DNA of 64,000 bases from Acidobacteriota bacterium. Lineage in GTDB: Bacteria > Acidobacteriota > UBA6911. The position numbers were made by a program, and so were the translations under genes. Under the pieces are notes generated by a model that searched no databases, was not told the DNA's origin, and was given only the letters and a program-made list of their open reading frames with translations. This document shows positions 38,893 to 48,294 of this stretch, in pieces; the first letter of the stretch is position 1, and every line of letters starts with the position of its first letter. The DNA is taken from positions 1,440,001 to 1,504,000 of the forward strand of contig OY761556.1 in NCBI GenBank assembly GCA_963664705.1. The letters are read 5' to 3'.

Positions 38893-38935
38893 CACGTCCA
38901 ACGTCCAACGTCCAACGTCCAACGTCCAACGTTCC
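38893..38935. repeat. AACGTCC heptamer array
   Basis: Six near-perfect units. Confidence 0.9.
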
Positions 38936-38943
38936 GACTCCGC

Positions 38944-39657
38944 CTACTTCTTGGGTGAAGAAAGGGAGGCGCGGAATTTTTCGATTTCCGTCCGGTAGGC
39001 GGAAGCGATCTTTTCGATTCGTTCTTCCGGCCAATCCGGATCCCAGCCCAGTCCGAGGTCTTCGCCCACCAGAACAATCAGGAAATCGATTGTTGGCGGT
39101 TTTTTGGAAATGATGGTTGTGATGTTGCAGATGCGCTGCGGCGAATCGCAGTCCATGCACTGGTCTGTGGAAGCGCAGGGGGTGTTCAGCCCCAGGTATT
39201 TGGCGTGGTAGGGGGAGATGACCTTCTGCACGCGTTCCAGCGCTTCATCGAGATCGCGCACGATTTTATTGGCGCCCACCAGCAGAACAACCTGCTTGGT
39301 TCCGAAGAACATGGTAGCCACGCGGTTGCCCATGCCGTCGGTGTTTACGAGTTTTCCGTCCAGGGTTATGGCATTGGTGCTGGCCAGCAGCACATCCCGA
39401 CGGTCTTTCCGGATGGCATCGAAGGAGAACTCCTCCGGCTTCGGAAATTGCAATCCCTTGTTTCCGCGTTCCCGGAGGCGGTCCAGCAGTCCGAGTTGTC
39501 CGACCGAAACGGATCCTGCCATTTCGATCGAAGCATCCGCGGGAATCGCATTGAGGACGACCGGGATGGCATCCTTTGCTTTTTCCACGTACTCCACTTT
39601 AAAGTTATTCGCCTTCAACGACTGGATGACGGTTTCGATATCGTTCTTTGCGGCCAT
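38944..39657 (-). CDS. LUD-domain (lactate utilisation/YkgG-like) protein
   Basis: STNAITLDGKLVNTDGMGNRV, GANKIV, TPC…C.DC.SPQRIC. Confidence 0.85.
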   Translation of the reverse strand: MAAKNDIETVIQSLKANNFKVEYVEKAKDAIPVVLNAIPADASIEMAGSVSVGQLGLLDRLRERGNKGLQFPKPEEFSFDAIRKDRRDVLLASTNAITLDGKLVNTDGMGNRVATMFFGTKQVVLLVGANKIVRDLDEALERVQKVISPYHAKYLGLNTPCASTDQCMDCDSPQRICNITTIISKKPPTIDFLIVLVGEDLGLGWDPDWPEERIEKIASAYRTEIEKFRASLSSPKK

Positions 39658-39676
39658 GATAAAACCTCGGAAGATG

Positions 39677-39713
39677 CAAGGGCTCGAAGCGCTTGCGCTG
39701 CTTCGAGCCCTTG
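39677..39713. terminator. Perfect 14-bp intergenic hairpin
   Basis: CAAGGGCTCGAAGC-N9-GCTTCGAGCCCTTG; no U-tract, so may be an RNA-stability element. Confidence 0.45.
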
Positions 39714-39734
39714 GAGCGAATTCAGGTTAGGCTT

Positions 39735-40895
39735 CTACTTCTTCTCAAAATACTCCGCGACGACTTTGAGTTCATTGGGGATATCAATGTGCTGCGGACA
39801 TTTTTCGACGCAGACGCCGCAGTCGATGCAGCCGGAGGCGCGCTGATCGGGCGTCAGGAAGCTGGTGTAAAAGAACTTGTTCATCTCGGCTCCCTTGAAC
39901 AGGAAGCTGTCATTGTACAGGTTGAAGTTTTGCGGGATATTCACGCCATTGGGGCAGGGCATGCAGTACGCGCAGGCGGTGCAGTCAATCTTGAGCAGCT
40001 TTCTGTAGGCCAGGCGGACCTGTTCTATCAGCGCGTGCTCTTCCTGCGTCAATGAATTGGCGACGCCCTGATCGACGATGCGCGTGTGGTCGGAGATCTG
40101 CTCCAGCGTGCTCGATCCGGACAGAACGGTCGTGATTTCCGGGAAGTCCCAAACATAGCGCATGGCCCATTCCGCCGGAGAGCGTTTGACGGGCGCTTTA
40201 TCCCAGAGTTCCTGCACTTCCTTGGGGATCTTGTCGACCAGCTTGCCGCCTCGCAGCGGTTCCATGCCGACGATGCCAACGCCGCGGGAGGCCGCGTAGG
40301 CAATGCCCTGACGGCCGGCCTGGTAGTCCTGGTCATAAAAATTGAACTGAAGCAGGCACATGTCCCAGTCAAACGCATCGATGATGTCTTTGAAGACTTT
40401 GATTTCGTCGTGGAACGAGAAACCGGCAAACCGGATCCTGCCCTGGGCCTTCAGTTTGCTCATGAATTCCAGAACGCCCATGGATTTCATTTTTGCCCAG
40501 TTCTTCGTGTCCAGGCCATGAACCAGGTAGCAGTCGACGTAATCCATGCCGAGCCGCTGCAGCTGTTCCTGAAAAAGTGTTTCCTGGTCTTCAGGCTTCT
40601 GCACATTCCACGAGGGGAGTTTCGTCGCGATCATGACATTTTTGCGATGCGGCCGGATTGCTTTTCCCAGGAAGACTTCGCTTTTGCCTCCATGGTAGCC
40701 GTAAGCGGTGTCGAAATAGGTAACCCCCTTTTCGACGGCATGTTCAATGATCCGCGTGGCATGCGCTTCATCGATCGGAACGCTTGGATCAAAGCTGGAC
40801 ATTCCTCCTTGGGCGCCCAGCATCGGCAGACGCATGGCTCCAAACCCGAGGATGGATGCGCTTACATTGGTTTTTCCCAGTTTACGGTAGAGCAT
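39735..40895 (-). CDS. Aldo/keto reductase with C-terminal 4Fe-4S dicluster
   Basis: LGFGAMRLP, YFDTAYGY, GFSFH, MEPLRGG, CTACAYCMPCP, CIDCGVCVEKCPQ. Confidence 0.92.
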   Translation of the reverse strand: MLYRKLGKTNVSASILGFGAMRLPMLGAQGGMSSFDPSVPIDEAHATRIIEHAVEKGVTYFDTAYGYHGGKSEVFLGKAIRPHRKNVMIATKLPSWNVQKPEDQETLFQEQLQRLGMDYVDCYLVHGLDTKNWAKMKSMGVLEFMSKLKAQGRIRFAGFSFHDEIKVFKDIIDAFDWDMCLLQFNFYDQDYQAGRQGIAYAASRGVGIVGMEPLRGGKLVDKIPKEVQELWDKAPVKRSPAEWAMRYVWDFPEITTVLSGSSTLEQISDHTRIVDQGVANSLTQEEHALIEQVRLAYRKLLKIDCTACAYCMPCPNGVNIPQNFNLYNDSFLFKGAEMNKFFYTSFLTPDQRASGCIDCGVCVEKCPQHIDIPNELKVVAEYFEKK

Positions 40896-40935
40896 TGTGA
40901 ATCCTTTCTCCTGTCCTTGCTGTCAATGCGGGTGG

Positions 40936-41451
40936 TTACTTGGGAGCCTTTTTTACATCCGCCTGGTACTGCTCGATGCGCGATTTCTGAGCCTTGATCA
41001 TGTCGGCCAGCTCATCTTCGGTCGGATGGGGATAGGCTGCGAGCAGCTTGTTCTCCATTCGGTCTTTCTCCGCCTGGAGTTTCTCCTGGGTGCCCTGATC
41101 CGGGATTTTGTTATCCGCGGCTATGGCGTACCAGGTATAGGCTTCGGGTTGATCCTCGACGATCCCGCGTCCGTTTTCGTAGGCTTCGGCAAGGCATTTC
41201 TGCGCCTTGTAATTGCCGAGATAGGCGAGCCCGGTACAGAACATGAAATCGGAACGGGGTGTTTTGCTGGCGGCGAGATTGATGGAATCGATTTTGCTGT
41301 TTTGCTGCTGCGCCGGCATGCGGGCGATCTTAGCCATCATTCCCGTGATATCCTGCTTGTTCGGCCGCGTCTTCACATCTTCGGATTCCTGGGCATAGAT
41401 GAGTGCCAGGGACATCGTCATCACTATCGTCAAAAGTATTTTTTTCAACAT
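40936..41451 (-). CDS. Secreted Sel1-like repeat protein
   Basis: Signal peptide; AQKCLAEAYENGRGIVEDQPEAYTWY. Confidence 0.75.
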   Translation of the reverse strand: MLKKILLTIVMTMSLALIYAQESEDVKTRPNKQDITGMMAKIARMPAQQQNSKIDSINLAASKTPRSDFMFCTGLAYLGNYKAQKCLAEAYENGRGIVEDQPEAYTWYAIAADNKIPDQGTQEKLQAEKDRMENKLLAAYPHPTEDELADMIKAQKSRIEQYQADVKKAPK

Positions 41452-41587
41452 GAGTCCTCCAGGCCATTATCGTAGATGAAGAGAATCAAAAACGCCACGA
41501 ATTAGCGCGAATTTCACCGGGGGTCTGGATTAGATTCGTTTTATAATGGCTTTGCCAATTATCCATAACCCATGCAAGGAGAGCCCC

Positions 41588-42526
41588 GTGAAGATTGATA
41601 TTTTTTCACACATCATGACGGAGAAGTATCTGGAGGTTTACAGGAAGAAGGTGCCTGCGATAGAAAACGAAATCGAGGTGTACACGCGGCCGGTGGTGGA
41701 TCTTCAGATGCGGCTTGGATTGATGGATCGCTACCCGGACGTTTTGCAGATTCTGACCGTGGCCAAGGTGCCGCTCGAAAAATTTGTCGGACCCAAGGAT
41801 GCCGCGGAACTGGCGCGGATCGCCAACGATGAACTGGCTGAACTGCTTGTGAAGTATCCGAACAAGTTTTTCGGCGCCGCCGCCTGCCTCCCGATGAATG
41901 ACATGGATGCGGCTTTGGAGGAACTCGATCGGGCGATCGGCAAGCTGGGACTCCAGGGAGTCCAGATATACAGCCGCATCGCGGGTGAGCCGCTGGATTC
42001 GCCGAAATTCAAGCCTCTCTATACCAAGATGGCCGAATACAATCTTCCCATCTGGCTGCATCCGGAGACGAATCCTCTGCTGGATGTCGATCGGGGCCTC
42101 TTCAGTTGGCCGTATGAAACGACGGCCGCCATGTTCCGGCTGGTCCATTCGGGCATTTTTTATGAATACCCGGATCTCAAGTTCATTGTGCACCACGCCG
42201 GCGCCATGGTTCCGTTCTTTTCCGACCGGCTGAAATGGTTCGCATCGGCAACCAAACTTTTCCCGCAGCGCGATCCGAAAATTTACGAACACTTCCGGAA
42301 GTTCTACGTGGATACGGCTCTCTACGGGAACACCTCGGCGCTGCAGTGCGCCTATGAATACTATGGGGCCGATCACATTCTCTTCGGCACCGATGCGCCG
42401 CTCGGACCGCGTTGGGGAATGATCGAGGGAACGGTCCAGTCCATCGAGAGAATGGCTATCACGGACCAGGAGAAAGAAAAGATATTCAGCAAGAATGCCA
42501 TCGAGATCTTTAAAATGGCGCTTTAA
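41588..42526 (+). CDS. Amidohydrolase_2 family protein (ACMSD-like decarboxylase/hydrolase)
   Basis: IDIFSH, IWLHP, HHAG, FYVDT, LFGTDAP; GTG start after AGGAG. Confidence 0.88.
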   Translation: MKIDIFSHIMTEKYLEVYRKKVPAIENEIEVYTRPVVDLQMRLGLMDRYPDVLQILTVAKVPLEKFVGPKDAAELARIANDELAELLVKYPNKFFGAAACLPMNDMDAALEELDRAIGKLGLQGVQIYSRIAGEPLDSPKFKPLYTKMAEYNLPIWLHPETNPLLDVDRGLFSWPYETTAAMFRLVHSGIFYEYPDLKFIVHHAGAMVPFFSDRLKWFASATKLFPQRDPKIYEHFRKFYVDTALYGNTSALQCAYEYYGADHILFGTDAPLGPRWGMIEGTVQSIERMAITDQEKEKIFSKNAIEIFKMAL

Positions 42527-42594
42527 CCATAACTGTGTCCTTTTCCCTTTGTGTTGCGGAAAAGGGAGAATGCGTAACGGATAGGAATGTTTGT

Positions 42595-43635
42595 ATGACT
42601 TTCAGTTCACAGTGGAAGGATGAATACGCCGCCCTGCAGGAATTTATAGCGGCGAATCCTGCGATAATTCTCAGCTCCAGCGAGATTTCCATTCCCCAGG
42701 AGTTCAAGGATGAGTTTTACCGGCGTTTCGACCGGATCCGGGGCGCCATGGTGGATGCTCATTATTCCGAGGTGCCGTACGATATTGATGCCCTCTGCCA
42801 GCAATACCTTCAGATCGAAAAGGAAATCATTGCCCTTCTTGGCATCGAGCGCATTACGATGCCAATGGATCTGTTCAGTTTTCTGCACACTCCACGGGAG
42901 GGGCTCATCCGGATCCTCTACAACCGGTTGTTCGACCTTCTGCAGGGCAAGACAACGGTGGAGGTTTTTGAAGAGCAGTGCCTGGGAGATCTGCGCAGTT
43001 CGTCGTCGGATCTCTACCGTCTCGGATATGAGTGGTGGGCCGGGCTGGCAATCCTGAAACTCCTCGAACCGGATCGAGTCTTTGCGATCGAACTGGATGA
43101 GGATTACCAGCCGTACCTGGGGCAGTTGACCGAGATTTCTTTCGGACGGCAGGCGCATCATCCTACGATTCGTCTGCCCGAATTTGCGCTTCACTCGAAA
43201 AAGCTGGATCGGCTTGTAGCCATCAAGATGTCGATTGCGAAGGAAATTGAAAGCTATGCCGAACGCTACCGGCCCCCGGTTCGGCCCAAGAAGCGCACGG
43301 GCGATACTTCATTTGCCCTGGATTCGCGGGTGATGATGCTTTCATTTATGTCCAGCGAAACGGATATTCCGATCATTGCGGAAACCTATGATCGCACGCT
43401 CACAAGCCCGGATTATATGATTGGGTTTATTACAAAGGATGAACTCGAGGATCCGAGCGCCGTTGAGGAGGTTCAGCATCATATCGATTTTATGAAGCCC
43501 AGACTGGGGATGTCCCTGGTTGTGGTGGACCCGGAGAGCGCGGAAGCTCTCGCCGCATTGCCGGAATCGATTTTATCGGTGACGGCAGGCTTTGATCAGG
43601 CCAAGCTTCAGCCGCTCCTCTCCGTACTTGCCTGA
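42595..43635 (+). CDS. Hypothetical protein
   Basis: 346-aa ORF with normal codon pattern; no family firmly recognised. Confidence 0.7.
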   Translation: MTFSSQWKDEYAALQEFIAANPAIILSSSEISIPQEFKDEFYRRFDRIRGAMVDAHYSEVPYDIDALCQQYLQIEKEIIALLGIERITMPMDLFSFLHTPREGLIRILYNRLFDLLQGKTTVEVFEEQCLGDLRSSSSDLYRLGYEWWAGLAILKLLEPDRVFAIELDEDYQPYLGQLTEISFGRQAHHPTIRLPEFALHSKKLDRLVAIKMSIAKEIESYAERYRPPVRPKKRTGDTSFALDSRVMMLSFMSSETDIPIIAETYDRTLTSPDYMIGFITKDELEDPSAVEEVQHHIDFMKPRLGMSLVVVDPESAEALAALPESILSVTAGFDQAKLQPLLSVLA

Positions 43636-43660
43636 TTGGCAATTGCGGCAGGAACGCCTT

Positions 43661-43724
43661 TGTGGAATTCGTGGAATTCGTGGCGGAACTGCAAATCGGC
43701 CACGAATTTCACGAATTTTTCACG
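43661..43724. repeat. Inverted pair of 9-mer (GAATTCGTG / CACGAATTT) arrays between convergent genes
   Basis: GTGGAATTCGTGGAATTCGTGGC…GCCACGAATTTCACGAATTT. Confidence 0.75.
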
Positions 43725-43739
43725 GAGAATGCCTGCTCC

Positions 43740-44759
43740 CTAAATTCCTACTTCGGACCATGCTTCGCGAACAGCCTTCTGTTCCAGGCTGTTCGCGCCA
43801 TACAACTCGCCGGCAACCGCAACCGTCATCATCATGGCATCGTGAAAGTTGGAATTTGGCCGGAGCTTATCCGTCAAAGTTCGATACCAGATCTGCCCCG
43901 CCTTTTCCCAGGCATAACCCTTGAGCCGGACAGCAAGCTCATAGAAGGCCCGATTGGGAATTCCTGAGTTCAGATGCACGCCGCCGTTATCCTCCTGGGT
44001 CACAACATAATCCCGCATGTGACCTGGTTGCGGGTCCCGTCCGAGGACCGGATCGTTATAAGCGGTTCCCGGAGCCTTCATCGACCGGATTCCCTTTCCC
44101 TTCACTCCGGGCAGAAAGAGTTTTTCCCCGATCAGCCAACTCGACTTTTGCGCAGTCTCGCGCTTTTTGTATTGTTGGATCAGACAGCCGAATACATCGG
44201 AGAATGATTCGTTCAGCGCGCCGGACTGCCCCCGGTAATTGAGCCCGGCCTCGTTTTGGGTGATCCCGTGGGTCAGTTCGTGGCCGATGACATCGAGCGC
44301 CCGCGTGAATGGGCCGAAAATCACTCCATCCCCATCGCCGTATACCATCTGCCTGCCATTCCAGAATGCATTTTCGTAGGCTTCGCCATAATGCACCGTA
44401 GCGTCCAGGCGCATGCCGCGATCGTCGATGGAGTTGCGGGAGAACACTCGTTTGAACATATCGTAGGTGACGCCGGCGCCGTCATAGGCTTCATTGACGC
44501 GCGGATCTTTTGATTTCGGCTTTCCTTCCGATCGCACCAGTTTTCCCGGAAGATCGTATTGGTGCCGGGCGTCGTACACGGAGCGCCGTTTGTGCCCGGG
44601 TGCAACGGACAGTGGAGCCAGGGCGGCTAGCAGGCGGCGTTCGCCGCGAAATTGCTCCGAATCGGTCAGGGTGGACCATGCCAGTGCCTGCTGCCTGGAG
44701 TCGCCGTTCTGCAGAATCGCACGAAGCATATAGGGGGGTACGATACAGTGACGGAACAT
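43740..44759 (-). CDS. M4 family metallopeptidase, protealysin-like
   Basis: Short propeptide with CIVPPYML motif, NAFW, HELTH, NESFSD, GVHLNSG. Confidence 0.93.
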   Translation of the reverse strand: MFRHCIVPPYMLRAILQNGDSRQQALAWSTLTDSEQFRGERRLLAALAPLSVAPGHKRRSVYDARHQYDLPGKLVRSEGKPKSKDPRVNEAYDGAGVTYDMFKRVFSRNSIDDRGMRLDATVHYGEAYENAFWNGRQMVYGDGDGVIFGPFTRALDVIGHELTHGITQNEAGLNYRGQSGALNESFSDVFGCLIQQYKKRETAQKSSWLIGEKLFLPGVKGKGIRSMKAPGTAYNDPVLGRDPQPGHMRDYVVTQEDNGGVHLNSGIPNRAFYELAVRLKGYAWEKAGQIWYRTLTDKLRPNSNFHDAMMMTVAVAGELYGANSLEQKAVREAWSEVGI

Positions 44760-44772
44760 AGAAGCTCCTTTG

Positions 44773-44904
44773 GATTCCAGATTTCAGATTCCAGATTTCA
44801 GATTTCAGATTTCAGATTTGTTTCGGTAGGAAGGATTATAGCAAATAGTAAATAGCAATTAGTAATTCTGTCTTCTGACTCCTGACTCCTGACTCCTGTC
44901 TCCT
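44773..44904. repeat. Three adjacent heptamer arrays: GATT(T/C)CA, TAG(C/T)AA(A/T), CTCCTGA
   Basis: 44773-44819, 44839-44865 and 44866-44904. Confidence 0.88.
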
Positions 44905-44910
44905 TGCCTT

Positions 44911-47900
44911 CTAATCGAGCAGGATGGCCAAATCGTCCCGGCTGAGATTTCTCAGCAGGCTGTTATCCTGATTAATAATGGCTTCGGCAATTTCCCGTTT
45001 GCTCCCCTGGAGTTCGAGGACCTTTTCCTCAACGGTATCTTTGGCAATCAGTCGGTAGGCGAACACGGATTGGGTTTGGCCGATCCGGTGGGTGCGGTCG
45101 ATGGCCTGGGCCTCCACGGCGGGGTTCCACCAGGGATCCAGGAGGTAGACATACTCGGCGGCGGTCAAGTTCAGTCCGAGGCCTCCGGCCCGCAGACTGA
45201 TCAGGAAGAGCTTGGATTCCGGGTTGTTCTGGAATCGTTCGACGGGGGCGGCGCGATCCTGCGTCTGTCCGTCGAGGTATTCATACTGGATATTCTCTGC
45301 TTCAAGCCGTTGGCGAAGAATCCCGAGCATGGAGGTGAACTGTGAAAAGACGAGGGCTTTATGGCCTTCTTCCAGGACCTCCATCAATTGCGGCATCAGC
45401 ATTTCCATCTTGGCGCTGGGTTCGTTGGAGCGCGTCCGGTCGATCAGGCCGGGATGAATAGCCGCCTGCCTCAGCCGGAGGAGTGCTTCCAGAACATGGA
45501 TCTTGGATTTTTCGAGTCCGTCGCGTTCAATACGATCCAGCAGGGTGCGCCGATAGTGGTCGCGAAGCTCGTCGTAGAGGGCGCGCTGCGCCGTTTTCAG
45601 ATGGCAGAACAGGACCTGCTCGAATTTTTCCGGCAGATCCCGGGCAACCTGCGACTTGGTCCGACGGAGTATGAACGGGCGCAGGGCCTGGGCCAGCAGG
45701 ATGCGCTGGTTTTCATCTCCATTGGCTGCGGATCCCTTGCCCATGCGAAAAACCGAGGCAGATCCCAGCATTCCCGGATTCAGGAATTCGAAGAGGCTCC
45801 AGAGTTCGCCTAGGTGATTTTCAATCGGCGTCCCGCTCAGGGCAAGCCGATGGCGCGCCCGCAGCAGGCGAGCGGCCTTGGCGGATTCGGTGGAGGCGTT
45901 CTTAATAGCCTGGGCCTCATCGAGGATGACGTAATCAAACATCTTTTCTTTAAAAAACGGAGCATCGCGCCGGAGGGTTCCATAGGTGGTGAAAACCACG
46001 TCGTAGTCGTCGAAGTGCTCATGACTGCGAATGCGCTCGCCGCCCGTGTGCTCGAGCACGCGAAGCTTCGGCGTGAAGCGGGCCGCTTCCTGGTGCCAGT
46101 TGAATACGAGAGACCGCGGCATTACGACGAGGGATGGGGGAATGGCGTCGGCGGACAGGTCTGGGCTGTTGCGGAGTTGACGCTGTTCTTCGAGCAGTGC
46201 CAGGACCTGCACGGTTTTTCCCAGGCCCATGTCATCAGCAAGGCAGCCGCCGAAGCTGAACTGGTTTAAAAAATGCAACCAGCCCAACCCTTCACGCTGA
46301 TAAGGGCGAAGCGTGCCCTGAAAACCGTCGGGGGGATCTGCCGGCGTGACGCCCTGAAAAGTCCGCAGTTCGCTGCGCATGCGGTTGAACAGCTCATCGC
46401 AACTAACATCGGGTTGGGCGGCGAGCAGAACATCCAGAAGGCCGGCCTGGTTTCGGCCGAAGCGCACATGATCCTCCTCGGCGGTGCCGAGTCCGGCCAG
46501 CATTCCATATTTTTCCATCCACTCTTCGGGGATCATACCGAAACTGCCGTCGTCGAGCAGGATGGTGTTTTCGTGGCGACGCAGGGCGGAGAGCAGTCGC
46601 GGAATGGCCACCTGCGTATTCCCGAATTCAACGGTGCCGTGCAGCTCGAACCAATCGATTCCGGAGGAGAGCTGAACTTTGAAGGAGTCCGGATTTCTGA
46701 AGAGTTTGCCTTCGGCTTCCACCTGCCAGCCCGCCGCGACCAGGTCTCGAACGGCTCCGGGCAGGCGCGACTGCGCAATGCTCCAGATCAGGGTGCCTCG
46801 ATAATCGCGCTGATGCTTGAATCCCGCCTCCTCGAATTTCTGTTTTGCCAGGCTCTCGATTTTCGGGTCGCGCACAATGCGCTTTCTTTCGGAAACCAGG
46901 GGGATACCGGCCGCCGGATCGTCCTGGCTTATCGCATGGCCGAGATAGTCGAAAAACATTTCGCCCAGCAGAAAGGGAGCACCCCACGCCTCTTTTCTGG
47001 TGCTGATGCGCGCGATCACTTTCGGCACGGATTGGATTTCCTCCAGGCGCAGCGCCTCGGGGAGGTTCAGGGCAGGAAGGGAAGGGAGCGCCACCATGGT
47101 TTCCAGCCATTGATCCGCTTCATTTTCGGGGACAAAAAAAGATTCCTCCCGCCGGAAAAACGATATCCACTCATACGATCCGCGAAATCGTGCAAGGCAG
47201 TTCCCGACCAGGAAGACTTCCGAAGAGAAGATAAACTCGGGCAAAGCAATTTCAATCGCCTGGTCATCTCTGCGAAATGTCCCGCGCACCTCGTATTGGT
47301 GTCCCGCCTCGTCTGCGCGCACATCGATGCCGAATTCCCATGGGCCGGCGTCCTCCCAGGTGACGGGAGTCAGTTCCTCGGCCGCTTCCGGGTTGCGATA
47401 AAAGAGACGGTTCGTTTTCGAGATGATGGGCAGGAGGTCTGCCAGTTCCTGCTGTCCCGGCTGGAATCGATAAATCGATTCATAGGGGCCGTAATACCAG
47501 GTTTCCCGCTGTACACCGATGAGCCGCGTCAGGATTTCACGGTCTGCGGCTTCCGGCAGCGCCGACAGGATTTCGTGCGATATGGACAGCGGTTTCGGTT
47601 TTTTCCATCCGCCATTTTTCTTCGGGTCGCGGGCCTCGATCTGCAGGATGAAAGTGGTGCCCAGAGAGCGGCGGGCATTCTCGATGATGTATAGAATCTC
47701 CCGGCCGGCCGGCCAGGAAGGCCGCTGCTCCTGCAGCCTTGGCTGGTTGATCCTGGTCAGAAGATGCTTCCAGGAGCGCGGGGACGGCAGAGCAACGTGG
47801 CGCGTTCCGGTTTTGTCCCGCGGTTCCTCCTCGGATCCGTACTCGGGTGTTTCGAAATCCAGCTCTTCGAGATCGTCCACTTCGCTCGGGTCGGACTCGG

Positions 47901-48213
47901 CCGGAACCAGCTTGTTGGGAAAGCTGCCGGGCCATTTTTGCAGATGGCCGTTCCTCTCCAGTTCCAGGAGCGTCGCCCAGACGTGTTTGCAGACTTCCAG
48001 GTTCTGTTCAAAATAGAGGCAGTCGCAGGAATAGATCAACGTATTGTCGTCGCGTTCCAGGTCAACATCGTAGTCATCGGTGCCGGAGACGCGGGCCGAT
48101 ATAAACTCCGGGTCGGCGAAGAGGATGCGGACGGCATTCCTCTGGAAGTAGTCCCTTCCCCGTATCTGGATTTTTTGGCTGACAAGCCGCCCTATGCGTT
48201 CTATCTGAGACAT
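44911..48213 (-). CDS. SWIM zinc-finger SNF2-family helicase
   Basis: CDC…CKH SWIM; LADDMGLGKT, DEAQ, SGTPIEN, FSQF, GGLGLNL, WWNP, QAIDRTHRIGQ. Confidence 0.93.
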   Translation of the reverse strand: MSQIERIGRLVSQKIQIRGRDYFQRNAVRILFADPEFISARVSGTDDYDVDLERDDNTLIYSCDCLYFEQNLEVCKHVWATLLELERNGHLQKWPGSFPNKLVPAESDPSEVDDLEELDFETPEYGSEEEPRDKTGTRHVALPSPRSWKHLLTRINQPRLQEQRPSWPAGREILYIIENARRSLGTTFILQIEARDPKKNGGWKKPKPLSISHEILSALPEAADREILTRLIGVQRETWYYGPYESIYRFQPGQQELADLLPIISKTNRLFYRNPEAAEELTPVTWEDAGPWEFGIDVRADEAGHQYEVRGTFRRDDQAIEIALPEFIFSSEVFLVGNCLARFRGSYEWISFFRREESFFVPENEADQWLETMVALPSLPALNLPEALRLEEIQSVPKVIARISTRKEAWGAPFLLGEMFFDYLGHAISQDDPAAGIPLVSERKRIVRDPKIESLAKQKFEEAGFKHQRDYRGTLIWSIAQSRLPGAVRDLVAAGWQVEAEGKLFRNPDSFKVQLSSGIDWFELHGTVEFGNTQVAIPRLLSALRRHENTILLDDGSFGMIPEEWMEKYGMLAGLGTAEEDHVRFGRNQAGLLDVLLAAQPDVSCDELFNRMRSELRTFQGVTPADPPDGFQGTLRPYQREGLGWLHFLNQFSFGGCLADDMGLGKTVQVLALLEEQRQLRNSPDLSADAIPPSLVVMPRSLVFNWHQEAARFTPKLRVLEHTGGERIRSHEHFDDYDVVFTTYGTLRRDAPFFKEKMFDYVILDEAQAIKNASTESAKAARLLRARHRLALSGTPIENHLGELWSLFEFLNPGMLGSASVFRMGKGSAANGDENQRILLAQALRPFILRRTKSQVARDLPEKFEQVLFCHLKTAQRALYDELRDHYRRTLLDRIERDGLEKSKIHVLEALLRLRQAAIHPGLIDRTRSNEPSAKMEMLMPQLMEVLEEGHKALVFSQFTSMLGILRQRLEAENIQYEYLDGQTQDRAAPVERFQNNPESKLFLISLRAGGLGLNLTAAEYVYLLDPWWNPAVEAQAIDRTHRIGQTQSVFAYRLIAKDTVEEKVLELQGSKREIAEAIINQDNSLLRNLSRDDLAILLD

Positions 48214-48294
48214 AAACTACCTATTATGCACGTCTTGCCCGGCAGACTCAAAGAGTCTTGGGGTCTTGATGCGTTCAAGGTTATGATTAGAGCC

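Noticed and set aside
44911-48213. SNF2 helicase as part of an anti-phage defence system
   Set aside because: SWIM-SNF2 architecture is a widespread stand-alone type, and no methylase, nuclease or other defence genes are adjacent.
47764-48294. 177-aa N-terminal extension of LipA
   Set aside because: It overlaps the divergent SNF2 gene; LipA homology starts at about MKRQPRPEWLK.
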